NCBI GenBank assembly: GCA_010909165.1
Contig: VJWM01000197.1
Coordinates: 1-64,000 of the forward strand
Source of the DNA: Anthoceros angustus
Lineage: Eukaryota > Plantae > Anthocerotophyta
Direction of reading: 5' to 3'
DNA length: 64,000 nucleotides
Part shown: positions 38,274-52,505 of the stretch, one piece after another
Numbering within the stretch: position 1 is the first letter of the stretch
Layout of the letters: every line of letters begins with the position of its first letter
Notes under the pieces: generated by a model
What the model was told of the DNA's origin: nothing
The model's database searches: none
Seen by the model: the letters and a program-made list of their open reading frames with translations, nothing else
Translations under genes and position numbers: made by a program

Positions 38274-41200
38274 CAACACCTAATTTCAAGGAGAGCAGTT
38301 TGACGTCAAGCGTTTCCCCTAAGGAAGCAGGTGTGGACAAGGGAAACAGAGATGTCCAATCTCCTGCAGCATCAAAACAGACCAGGCGCTTCTTTGAGTC
38401 GGTATGTGCCTCTATCCTCTGATTTACTGTTCTTTGCCCTGTTGGATTTTGTTGGTGTCGCTTGTAGCTTCTTTCATGTACACTAGGCTAAAGCATCCTT
38501 TGATTCAGGCAAGGACCACTGAGATCTCCACCCCGCCAGATGAAGCTGCATTGGCCAGTACGAAAGGTGGCAACGCCCCTCTGGCTGGAAGACCTTTGCC
38601 ACCCAAGATTCCTGACAGTAATGGACAGTCCAAGCTGCCTAGACCTCCAGTTGTGAGAGCTGCATTCGATGGACCCATTAGCCACTGCGGTGCATGCTGG
38701 TGTCCAATCCAATATCCCCGTCAGCCCTCACTTGAGAGGAAGTGACAACACATCGCGGAGTAGGGTTGCCTCTGCCTCTGCTCCTACATCCTCAAAGGTT
38801 CTGGTTCTCAAAATGAACCCCATTGTCCCCACACGCCAATTACATAGTATGGCTTGACTTTGCCTTATAGACGTTTTGACATTCTGTATGGCTGGTTTGA
38901 TAGACACAGGTGACCTACAAGGCTCTCGCAATGAGTTGCATCGTTGTGCAGTTTTGTGGGTATGTGTGACAGCGCTCTCGATTTTGCTCCATTTGCCAGC
39001 CGCTCGTGCTGGGCTCTCCCACGATGGTCAGATTCTTCTCAGCTTTGCCGAACAGCCCACCAACCAGTTCCACAACAGTGTGCCGGTTCGGTACGGGGTT
39101 GCTACTAGCGTCACGAATCGATCCGCGCATATGGCGAACTGGAACGAGAGTGACACCGATCCGTGTAGTTGGGCGGGCGTGTTATGTGGCTCTGATTCTG
39201 CTGTGGTCCGGCTCGATTTCTCCTCCTGGTCGCTGGCATATGTGAACTTGAGCACCTTGAGCTCTCTCAAGAGTCTGAGAGAGTTGGATCTGTCATCCAA
39301 TCAGTTTGTTGATTTCGTCGGGCTTGAGAATCTGATCGAGCTGACAAGTCTGGATGTTTCCGATACCTCGCCACGAACAATTTTCCTCCCGGGAACGGAA
39401 ATGAACAGATTAGGCAATCTCCGCTACCTATATTGCGACAGGTGCCAGTTTCCCTGGGGGGGCCTGCAAGGACTGAGCAACCTGAGGGTTCTGTCCCTCT
39501 CTGGCAATGGTATTGCGGGTGCCTCCTTCCTGGAGCAGCTGCTGAATTTGGTCAGTCTTGAGTTCCTGGACCTCTCTTACAATTGGCTGACGGGAGGAGT
39601 TGGCCGTCTGGAGGGCCTCACAAGCCTCACCCACCTGATTCTCACTGGCAACAAGTTGACAGGGATCATGGAAACACCACCCAAGCTACAATACTTGTAC
39701 GCAGGTGAGAACTTCTTCACAGGTCTACCGCCTTCGTTCTTCAAGAGCTCCACTCTGAGGCAGGTTAACATTTCCTGGAACCTACTGGAGGGACCATTGG
39801 CGCCGCCGAATACCACAGTTTTTGTCCCCGCGCTTCAGTGGTTGGACCTGTCCTGGAACCGTCTCAACGGCACCATTCCAATGGGCCTTACAGAGGTCAT
39901 GTACTTGGATCTGTCCAACAACAAATTGTCTGGTGCAATCCCTTCCGATATTGGTATGAATATTGATGCAGGTATTGTGGGTGACTTGCTGGATCTGTCG
40001 GGAAATGAGCTGACAGGCAGCATTCCTGAGGGTTTGCTACAGAGATACCAGAGTGCAATCAATCTTTCACGAAATTTTCTAGATGGCAGTATACCAGACG
40101 ATCTTTGCAATCGTGTGGCCTGTGCGAGGGGTGAAGCTTGTCGGAGCATGGACTTGAGTGACAACAAGCTGGAAGGCCCTCTTCCTTCTTCCCTGCCGAG
40201 ATTCCTTGCCTGGTTCAGTACTCTCTGGCTTCAAAACAATAACCTCTCTGGTGACATCACTCATCTTCTACTCAAGATGCCCCGACTCGCAAGCATCCGG
40301 CTGCGAGGAAATCTCTTTACCGGAGATCTCACTCCCTTCTTCACATCACCTGCTAATGAGTATGTCGAGGAATTAGACCTCAGCTACAACGGTTTCAACG
40401 TGACACACACAACAGAAAACCCAAATCCACTAAAGGTTATATTTGAAGATCAAATACAGGAAACTTCTAAACGGCGATTTGGGACACTTCGTCTAGCGGG
40501 TAACAATCTTTTGGGGTTAGCGTTGCCCGAGATGTCAGCCCCCAGTTCCCTGGAAGTGTTGGATCTTGCATCTTGCAATTTGAGGGGAAGAATACCAGAC
40601 TCCTTCACCTCTAGGTTCCCGAACTTGACCACCCTTAATGTGTCACATAACAATTTCTTAGGGCCTTTACCAGAAGATCTACCCCCCTCTCTTCAAGTAT
40701 TGGACATTAGCAACAACCATTTGGAGATGGGCAATATGTCGCGTTATCTTTTTCAAGGCTTGCCCAACTTGCTGCAGTTCTACGCTTCTAGCAACAACCT
40801 GCAGGGCCCCATTCCTGATGTTTTACCTCGTACTAGCATGCAGATCCTGAATCTTAGCCACAACAATTTGCAGGGACGTATTCCAGACAGGCTTTTCTTT
40901 ACTTTAGCTCAGTTGAAGGATTTTGACATTTCCGACAACAAGCTGTCAGGTCCCATACCACCGGGCCTGAATCCAAGCCGCTTTGCCAACAACCCTGAAC
41001 TCTGCGGTAGCCCTCTTCGAGCTTGCTCAACTCCTAACAGGCTCATTGCAAAGCTGCAGGTGTTGTGGATAGTTCTGGTTGGGCTCGTGTTACTGTCCTC
41101 GATGTTCTGTGCGGTATCAGCATATCAATGGAAAAACCAACACCAGCAAGACAAGGATTTAATTGCAGCTCTTCTGGAAAGAGAGAGCGTCATCATCATG

Positions 41201-42268
41201 ACTCTTCGTCAACTTCGCACAGCCACTGGCAACTTCTCACGAAGCTCCCAAATTGGGGTGGGCGGATTTGGAATCGTGTACGCAGGGCAACTACATGATG
41301 GCACTGCAGTGGCTATCAAGAAAAGCAAGCGCATGGGCTCCCCATTGGATAAGCAAAAATTTCTCAATGAGGTCAGGATTCTGTCACAGGTAAATCACAG
41401 ACATCTGGTCAGATTGTTAGGCTGCTGTCTGGAGAAGAAAATTGCTCTACTTGTTTTCGAGTATGTCCCAAATGGCACCTTGGAGGAACACCTCCAAGGA
41501 AAACGAGGAGACATTCGATCTAGGCTCACTTGGACACAACGCCTGCATATCGCTCTTCAGACCTCTGAGGCTTTGGACTATTTGCATTCTGCAGCCCAGC
41601 AGCCCATCTTTCATAGAGATGTTAAGTCTGCAAATATTCTCCTGGACCAGCAGCTCAACGCCAAGGTGGCAGATTTTGGCATTTCCAAACTGGCACCTAA
41701 ATGGGCCACACACGTGTCCACCCTTGCAATCCAGGGCACCGTGGGCTACATCGATCCCGAGTATTACACAAGCTTACAACTCTCAAGTAAAAGTGATGTT
41801 TACAGCTTTGGCGCTCTGTTGTTGGAACTTATTTCAGCCAAATTTCCTGCGGATCTTCTAAGGATATGGAAGGAGACCAGCCTGGTGGACTTGGCAGTTT
41901 CTTTTAAGTACAAGGATGATTGGGAAACGTTTATCGATCCTGTCTTGCTAGATACTTTGGCTTCCCCGAGTGGGAGAGCGTCAATGGAGAGCATGGCTTG
42001 CTTAGCTGCCAAGTGCTTGGCATTGAGATCAAGGGAGCGACCAGACATGAAGGAGGTGCGGCAACAGCTACAGACCCTCATTTACATGCATTGCAATCCT
42101 TGCTTTGATGAATTGAGAAACTACTCGCTACAAGTGTCCAACGAGGATGATGCTAGTATCGCTTGCCTAAGTTCCAGGTCTTCTGAAGCAGTCTGTGACA
42201 CTGGGGGAGTCGTAATCGGCTGTCACGTGAGCACAAGTTCCTTAGAAACGATGGAGGACTCCATGTAG
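38209..42268 (+). CDS. Intronless LRR receptor-like kinase, copy C (WAK/WAKL-type RD kinase); native start 38209 is separated from the body (38943-42268) by a 0.68-kb insertion
   Basis: 1130-aa open frame 38876-42268 with signal region, LRRNT, LRRs, TM, and intact HRD/DFG kinase. The uninterrupted N-terminus MAGGDAAQHWYAGAVCRRASARRCSFGCAVLW is seen at 29989. Confidence 0.88.
38265..38955 (+). repeat. Copy of 44154-44851 inserted into the 5' end of RLK copy C
   Basis: Near-identical to 44154-44851; junction microhomologies AAGTGCAAG and GTTGTGCAGTTTT. Confidence 0.92.
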
Positions 42269-43629
42269 CCTTTTGTATGAAAGTTTGGAATCCTGACACC
42301 TAGAACCGTCCCCTTGTGTGCCCGGATGTCATGTTATATGTTAAATGTTTTCCTCATAACCTACCATATGTGTCCTCCTGTTGTGTTTCTGATCGTCTGC
42401 ACTAGTTGGGAAAGACATGTATGTTGTTATGAGAAGACCTTAGTCTACAGAATGATTCCACCTACCAGCACGGAGACATTAGTCACTAGGAAACTTGTGT
42501 CCTTCAGAGTCACCCTTCCAGAACTCACCCTTCCAGAACTCCGAGACTTTGTTCACATAGACCCATAACAACAACAGGCGGCTTAAGCACCACGTATCTC
42601 CACAGGAATTCAAATATCACTAATTTAGCTGCTTGGGCCGGTTTCTTTGTTCTCCCGAGAAGGATGGCCGAGAGCTTCGAACAACATCTCACTCTCGCCT
42701 TCAGACTCTCCGGAAAAGACGAGTGGTAGCTGACCTTTACACGGGAATCTATCATCTGACAACTCTTCTATGCATGTAATGGTCGGCAGTATCGTTAGAA
42801 ATGGGTAATCAACTGGGGAAAAAGGGAGTTACAGTCTCCACAGGCTGATATCCATCATCCTTCCCTTCACCCTTTTTCCACTGTGCAACAGCATCGCCAT
42901 CACTTGGTTTACCTATCCGATCCTACGCAGGCCTGGGTAGATTCAAGATTGCTTCGGCCCATGCGGCCCCGAGGGTCAAGGGGGCTACAAATATTGGAGC
43001 TCCTTGCCCTAACTAGACAACTAAACTTGCGTGCAGGTGCCTCGTTCCGTCCGGTGCCGTTTGCGGATCTGTGCGGATGGAGCTGAGGTTGTTGCAAGTT
43101 TGCTGCGGTTGGTTTGGGGGTCGTTGCTGGGGGTTTTTCACTACCTATTATTCTTGTCCCAACGAGGCTGCTGCATACTTCGCTTAGCTAGTTTTTGTGC
43201 AAGTTGGGTATCTGCTTGAAGTGCTGGCTGAGGAACTGGGCATGTCTCGAACTCCCATCTCTGCCTGCGTGTGTTGATGGGAGGTGATATTGGAAAGGGC
43301 CACTGAGATGATGAATATTTGTTTCCCTATTGGTTTGATGGCCGGAATGATGGCTTCACTGCTTCAAACTTCCTGATCGGTGGCCCTGTGTCCTTGAGAC
43401 TTTGCGGTTGCGCTTTCGTGTTTGTTTGTTTCTGAAGTTTTGGAAGTGAGCTTTTCAAAGGATTGTCAGCTAGAGTTGCAGAGAGCTAGTGGCTTCCTTT
43501 AATTTCCAGGACAAAAGAACGTGTGTATATATGATTGTATTGCAGTTACGGTTTGGCGAAACCATCTGTACTCTGCTCTTGCTTACACGCAAGGCCACCT
43601 TTGGATTGAAAAACACAAATCCCCAGTCT

Positions 43630-44120
43630 CACCTGCACAGATTCTCATTCACTGAGTGGACTGAAATACATCGTAGTCCCATTGTCCATGTTCGTGAGAG
43701 TGTAGACTATGTCAGAGAGCATCCTTTCCCGTCTTGACGATCTTCAATGTGTCAAGGAAACGTCTTAACGCAACATGACTCATCATGACTAGACATCTCT
43801 AGCACACCCTGGTGATATCGAAGATGTCTAACCGCAGCTCCTGCAACTCGAAGTCCGATAATGATATCCGTTAGAAGGTCACCAGCACCAGGGTAGGTTA
43901 AACTGACCAGCTCACAGAGACTGTGACCAGCCAGCTCACACAGTCTGTGACCAGCCAGAAATGCCAGAGATGCCATACCTTCAATCTGAGATTGGGGATT
44001 AGGGATTTCACATCCTGGTCAGCTGCCCACTCTCACATACCTTTCTCTTGTTCACCACCACGAAACGAGTTGAGACGATGCGATGCAAGCCAGGCGTCCT
44101 AAGTGCTGACAGTTTTCAAT
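43630..44120. repeat. Diverged direct repeat of ~45465-45855
   Basis: Shared collinear blocks: GTGAGAGTGTAGACT, AGCATCCTT, TCTTCAATGT, GGATTTCACA, CAGCTGCCCA, CCTAAGTGCTG-CAGTTTTCAA. Confidence 0.7.
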
Positions 44121-46448
44121 GGATGATAAATCCGTTCTCCCATGATTCCATTAAAGTGCAAGCAACACCTAATTTCAAGGAGAGCAGTTTGACGCCGTCA
44201 AGCGTTTCCCCTAAGGAAGCAGGTGTGGACAAGGGAAACAGAGATGTCCAATCTCCTGCAGCATCAAAACAGACCAGGCGCTTCTTTGAGTCGGTATGTG
44301 CCTCTCTATCCTCTGATTTACTGTTCTTTGCCCTGTTGGATTTTGTTGGTGTCGCTTGTAGCTTCTTTCATGTACACTAGGCTAAAGCATCCTTTGATTC
44401 AGGCAAGGACCACTGAGATCTCCACCCCGCCAGATGAAGCTGCATTGGCCAGTACGAAAGGTGGCAACGCCCCTCTGGCTGGAAGACCTTTGCCACCCAA
44501 GATTCCTGACAGTAATGGACAGTCCAAGCTGCCTAGACCTCCAGTTGTGAGAGCTGCATTCGATGGACCCATTAGCCACTGCGGTGCATGCTGGTGTCCA
44601 ATCCAATATCCCGTCAGCCCCTCACTTGAGAGGAAGTGACAACACATCGCGGAGTAGGGTTGCCTCTGCCTCTGCTCCTACATCCCCTCAAAGGTTCTGG
44701 TTCTCAAAATGAACCCCATTGTCCCCACACGCCAATTACATAGTATGGCTTGACTTTGCCTTATAGACGTTTTGACATTCTGTATGGCTGGTTTGATAGA
44801 CACAGGTGACCTACAAGGCTCTCGCAATGAGTTGCATCGTTGTGCAGTTTTCCTTAATAAGTTGGCAGGGTTTTTGTGAGAAACCAGCGCACTGAGTCGA
44901 GGTAGGAGCCAAAACTGCGGCATTGTGTTGTCATGCTCTGTTCAGCGATGCGGGACAAGTAACTTTGCTGCTATCAATACTGAAGGTTGACGTGATTGGA
45001 AACGTTTCTCCTGAAACAGCGGGGGAGGCCAAATCGTTGGCTGCATCCATAGCAATGAGGTTGCCAGCCTCCGATGCCTATGGATTGTGCTTGCCATGTT
45101 TTAGACCTTCAAGCTGTAATATGTGCTCTTCTGGGCTGGGCTATCTGGGGTCAGGGAAAAGGGACAACTAGATGACAACCAACTTGACCTGGCGCGCATC
45201 AAAAAGGTTGAGTCAAGGGGTTGAGCCTCCACGGGCAAATTTTGCAAATTGCTAGATTGGGCTGACTCCAGCGACCCTGGGGTTCGTTATATTAGGTCTG
45301 ATGAGAAACATGCTTTCTGGCATAGTTTTCACGAAGAGCATGGTTTCCATGCTGCCCTAGTAGCATATGCGACCGGTGGGGAAACTAACGAGACCAATGC
45401 CAACATCCCATAAGTGGAAATGAGTGAGCAAGGTCTCATCAAGGAAATTTGGCACTGGAGTCTCAATTGCACAGCTTCGGTTCTCTGAGTCCGTGGTGGA
45501 ATGGAATACCATGTGGTTTATGTTGTGAGAGTGTAGACTGTCAGAAGCATCCTTCCCTGTTTTGACACTCTTCAATGTATGAATGCAACACCTTCATGAC
45601 AAATCATGCCTTGTTGAGATATCTCTAGGACTATGTCGAGCCTGGTGACATCGACGATATCTATCTGTCACCAAGCCAGAACTGCGACATGCCTGGAATG
45701 TGAAGTGAGGATTTCACACCCTGCTCAGCTGCCCAATCCGACTGGTAAGGTTGTTACTCCACTCACCCCAGTAAAGAGTTGAAACCATCTAAGCCAGACC
45801 CTAAAGTTCTGCATTGCTTCCACTGCGCCCTAAGTGCTGGCAGTTTTCAACTGATGAAGAAGGGCATTCCGAGGGCTGACTGGAGTCTCTTCATCTCTAA
45901 GGATCTTCAGCGTGAGATGAAGGATTCGGATGACAGCAGTGGGACGCAACACACAACAACTTCAACTCACTCAATCTTACTGACGTTGGAGTACGATTCA
46001 CTTGTGATTGGCGTGTTACTACGTAGACCGTAGACGTACTACCTGATCGTTTGCGTCCTTCTGTCCTTCTGTCCTTCCTCTCTGTCCTTCTCCCGAATCT
46101 CAAACGGCAGGCGACAATGGGTGCTGCACTGTCCTCTCTTGCCACAATCCCTTTGCCTTCCTCCTCCAAAGTTATGTAAAAGTCGGCAAATCACATGCTG
46201 CCTTCCTGTCCGGCACACCCGCAGGCCCAGGCCGGCACTTAGCTCGGCATCCTGCTCGTGGCATCGGTTCCTGCCATGACTCCATTCCTGTCCCAACACT
46301 TCAAATTCGGGCCTTCCTCTGCATTGCTCCCGGGTCTGTGCATTCTTGAGGACAAGTGCGAACTCCTGTTTTGCATTGCCAGCATTGTTTCAGAGGGAAC
46401 TATTACCAGACTCGAGCGCGGAGCTGCTGGTCTAACGTCCAGCAGAAA

Positions 46449-48675
<2,227 letters not shown>

Positions 48676-48999
48676 AGAAGCAGTTCGTGCTCTTTGTTGC
48701 ACAATTAGATGTGAGACACTGCTGACATTCCAGCCACATCTGAATGAGCCCATAAGATTCCGAGCTCGCTGTTTCTGTACCAGTGTACAGTAGTTGCAAG
48801 CTTCCACAGACCCTGCAAGCTGGGAACCAGTATGCCTGACGTGTTGTGAATCTTTCACGCAAGCAGTCTTGTAATGAACTCTTCATTTTTGCAATCCAAA
48901 CAATGTTGCAAGTTTGAACCTTCGACGCGGATACCAAATTGCTTCAACAACACCAATTTAGCTGCCCACGTCAGGATGACCGAGGGGGTCTACAGCGCT

Positions 49000-50010
49000 T
49001 AAGAAGTTGTTGTTGTTGTTGTTGTCGGCAGGGGTCCAACACAATGAACAGCGAGGTCCAACACAATGGACTGAGGACTTGACATGCCCTGTGACAGCGG
49101 GGTCCAACGCAATGGGGTGTTTTCAATTCCGTGGATATGCCCTAACATCAATCGTCCTCATCTGAGCTGTTTTCAATTCCGTGAATATGCCCTAACATCA
49201 ATCCCGCCGGGACACATGGCTCCAACCCAATGGGCTTTTTTAGTTGTAGGAAGTGGGGGAGGTGACTGGTTTTTTTAGTTGTAGGAAGTGGGGGCGGTGG
49301 TTGGTTTTTTTAGTTGTAGGAAGTGGTGGAGGTGGTTGAAAACGAAAGCGGGAAAGTTTTCTTAGCTGGGGTGTTTTCAATTTCGTGAACATGTCATAGT
49401 ATCCAGGATAGATGATATGGAGTTGGGGAGTAACATGACACACTTGGCGGTGAGCATGAGAGGAAGAAAAGAGTTAGGAGAAGTGATAGATGATTTGCAG
49501 TTGGGGAGTAACATGACAGACTTGGCGGCGAGCATGAGAGGAAGAAAAGAGTTAGGAGAAGTCCCTGGTCATGTTTGAAATGCCATCCTTTGTTTTTAAG
49601 GGCTATAAAGTCCATGCATGAATCTCTCCGGGATGAATGACTTCAAGTCGAATAGAATTTCTTGAAATGCCACCCTTTTGTTTTTCAGGGCTATAAAGCC
49701 CATGCATGAATGTCTTCAGGATAGATAAAGATTTGCTTGAAGTGCCACCCCTTTGTGTTTAAGGGCAGCAAGGTCCATGCATAACTTAGAGCTAGATTGA
49801 TTTGATTGAAGTGAATTGAGCTAAACATAATCCTCTTCATTCACGATGTACCAATCCAAAAATTATTTTATTTGGTTAGCCATTTGAAGTAAAATATTTT
49901 ATTAGATATATTATATATAATATAATATAATGATTATTTTGATTATTATATATTATATTTACAAATATACTGATATTATATGCGCCGGTATACCGGCGCA
50001 TTAGCATTAG
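49000..50010 (+). mobile_element. Putative non-autonomous Helitron-like element (5' boundary uncertain)
   Basis: Perfect 22-bp palindrome ATGCGCCGGTATACCGGCGCAT (49980-50001) followed by TAGCATTAG (CTAG-like end). Internal repeats at 49236-49330, 49420-49561 and 49575-49780; (GTT)n tract at ~49007. Confidence 0.45.
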
Positions 50011-50918
50011 GTGCCTCAACAAAGACGATTGAAGATCATATAGGGATGAAAAGAGCTTGAAAAGTAACTAAAAATTAGATGAAGTAAAATTAAATATACT
50101 TCGATAGATATAGGTATTAAAAAATATAATATATCTTTGAGTCTCTGCATATTATTGATAGGTCCAGTGAGAACGAAAAGAGGATGGGGTCGGTATTTTA
50201 TCCTGGACTAGACGTGGCAAAACACCAGTGGCATGTACCGCGGAGAATCGATACCGCAACTGGACTACTATGGGCGAAACAAGGCGAAAACCGGGTGACC
50301 GGGGGCCGCTGTGACGGTAAAGCTCAAATCCGTGACCAGGGTGAAAAAGGTGTAGGCAGATTAAAAACGTCCCCAGAGAGCGAAGAACTTATATATGTAT
50401 TTGTGAGAGGAGAGGAAGAGGTAAATCAGGTTTTACACTACCACCCAGTGGTATCCTTGGTCTCATCTCATCTGACCCTGGCTGGCTCGCCTGTGCCTTT
50501 CTCTTCCTTTCCTTTCCGCAACGGAGGCCGGGGCTTCGAAGGCCAGCAGGCGGCAGGCAGCACGCACCAGAGAAAGACAGCCACGCCACACATCCTGGGG
50601 AGGCCAGTGGGGTGGCCATCCGGCAGGGAAGCTGCCAGGCAGGGGCCGTGCTGCGGCGGGAGAGGAGCGGCTTGGAACTGGCAACCGCGTGCATGAGCGG
50701 GCGGGGCCCTAGAGCGGACTGGACCCTAATCGGAAGGCGCAGGCAGCGGACAGGCGGGGAAGCGGGATCGCCGATTCTGGGCAGTGAGGTGCGGAGATCG
50801 GGTCGCGGCGGCAGCAGCAGCGGCGGCAGCCAGGGTTGCAGTCTTAGGTTGGAGGCGGAGCGGCAGCGGCAGCGGCAGCGGAGAGCGCAGATCAAGACCC
50901 CGGGGCCGAGCAGCTAGG

Positions 50919-52505
50919 ATGGTCGGAGGAGGAATCAAGAAGGACGATGGATTGCCGGCAATAAATAGCACGAACATCTTTGCCGCGCTCGAGAGCCGTC
51001 GTCGCAGGTCCAGCAAGAAAAAATCCGATAAGGACAAGAGCAGCTTGAAGAGCAAGGACGCCAAATCGGAGAAGAGGGAGGAGGAGCCGCAGCAAATCTG
51101 GGCCCCCTCTCCGCTCAACAACAAAGCTTGGGCGGATTGCGACGACGACGATGAGGACTATTACGCCACCACTGCACCGCCGCCAGTTGCTGCGTGGACG
51201 CCGGATCAGTCATCTGAAGTCGCCGCAGCTAACAGGGAGGGATTGAGTCAGGGCGAGGTAACTGTCTCATTCCTCTGCCTGCCGCGGCTCCGGGGGTTTG
51301 TTTTGCGTTCTCTGGGGTTTGTTTTGCTGCGGGGGTGTGTGTGTGCATGGTCCGGCTGATCCGCAGCCGCGTGGTCTGCCGTTGGCGTTTTGTGCCCCCT
51401 GTAGTTCGACACAGCTGTGCTGGGTGCCTCTTTTGCACGCGTGCCATGGCAACGTTTGTCGGCGGTGAAGCATGGGGATGTTGTTAGGTTATCAGGGTTT
51501 ATGCATCTTCTCGGTTCTGTTGTGTTCAGCTGCCTCGTTGATTTCGTTGACGGCCTCCTTGAATGATTGTGGACATCATGAGATGGTCGTCTCTACTTGC
51601 GGCTGCTGGAATCAGGGGACTGCAGACTAGACTGATGCTGTGTTTCTGTCCTCAGGAAACTGAAGGTGAGGAAGAGGGTGAAGAAGAGGTTGAGGACGAG
51701 GCAGAGGAGGAACCTGAGAATGACTCATCTCTGTCAGAGCCTTTGGATGGTGCGGCCTTCAAGGGCCCCAGTTTGTCAGCCCCCGTTTCGCGAGAACCAG
51801 AAAGGCAATTGTCTAAGAAGGAGCTTAAAAAGAAGGAGTTGGCTGAACTCGACGCTGTGCTCGCAGAGTTTGGAATCGCTGGTCCCAAACATGAGAATGG
51901 TACGGATTCGAGTGTTTATCTGTGGCCTTGGCTTTTCTTGCTTGTGTTGGAGAGACGTTTTACATCTTCTGTGCCTTGTTTTCCTGCCTGGGTTCTAGGA
52001 TGGGTTGCCGCATCTGTTCGTGGCTTACCTTGTCAGCTTATTTGGCCAATACTGTGCTAATTTGAGGTGGCAAATGATGTTTGTAGGGTCATTGCCACCT
52101 GTTGTGGATCATGTTGAAGCAAATGGAGACCATGAGGATACCAAGGGTGATGACGAGGGCAAGGGAGGTTTGCTTACAGAGTCCAAGAGCAGCAAACGGC
52201 GAAAGGCGAAGAAGGAGAAGTCGTTCAAGGAAAACAAGGATGGAGAGGTCCCCAGCACTCCTGATCCAGACGCAGGTGCAAAGGAGGAGGATGCAGGTGA
52301 AGACAGAGACACGAATTCAGTGCCTGCGGATCCGAAGGAAGCCCTCAAGAAGATGCTCTCCTCCGCCTCCCTCAAGAAGAAAAAGTCCATCAAGGAAAAC
52401 GACCCCGCCTCGAAGGCAGCAGCTGAAGCTGCAGCAAGGGCTGCCAAGCTGGCGTCGGCCAAGAAGAAGGAAAAGAACCACTACAACCAGCAGCCTGTGA
52501 GGTGA
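50919..52505 (+). CDS. Conserved plant acidic/Lys-rich protein of unknown function (resembles the Arabidopsis At2g25670/At4g32610 family, from memory), 3 exons (50919-51257, 51656-51899, 52087-52505)
   Basis: MVGGG..D...I.STNIFAAL, WAD.DDDDEDYYATTAPP, ERQLSKKELKKKELAELD..LAEFG, C-terminal KKKEKNHYNQQPVR*. GT-AG introns with consistent phase. Confidence 0.88.
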
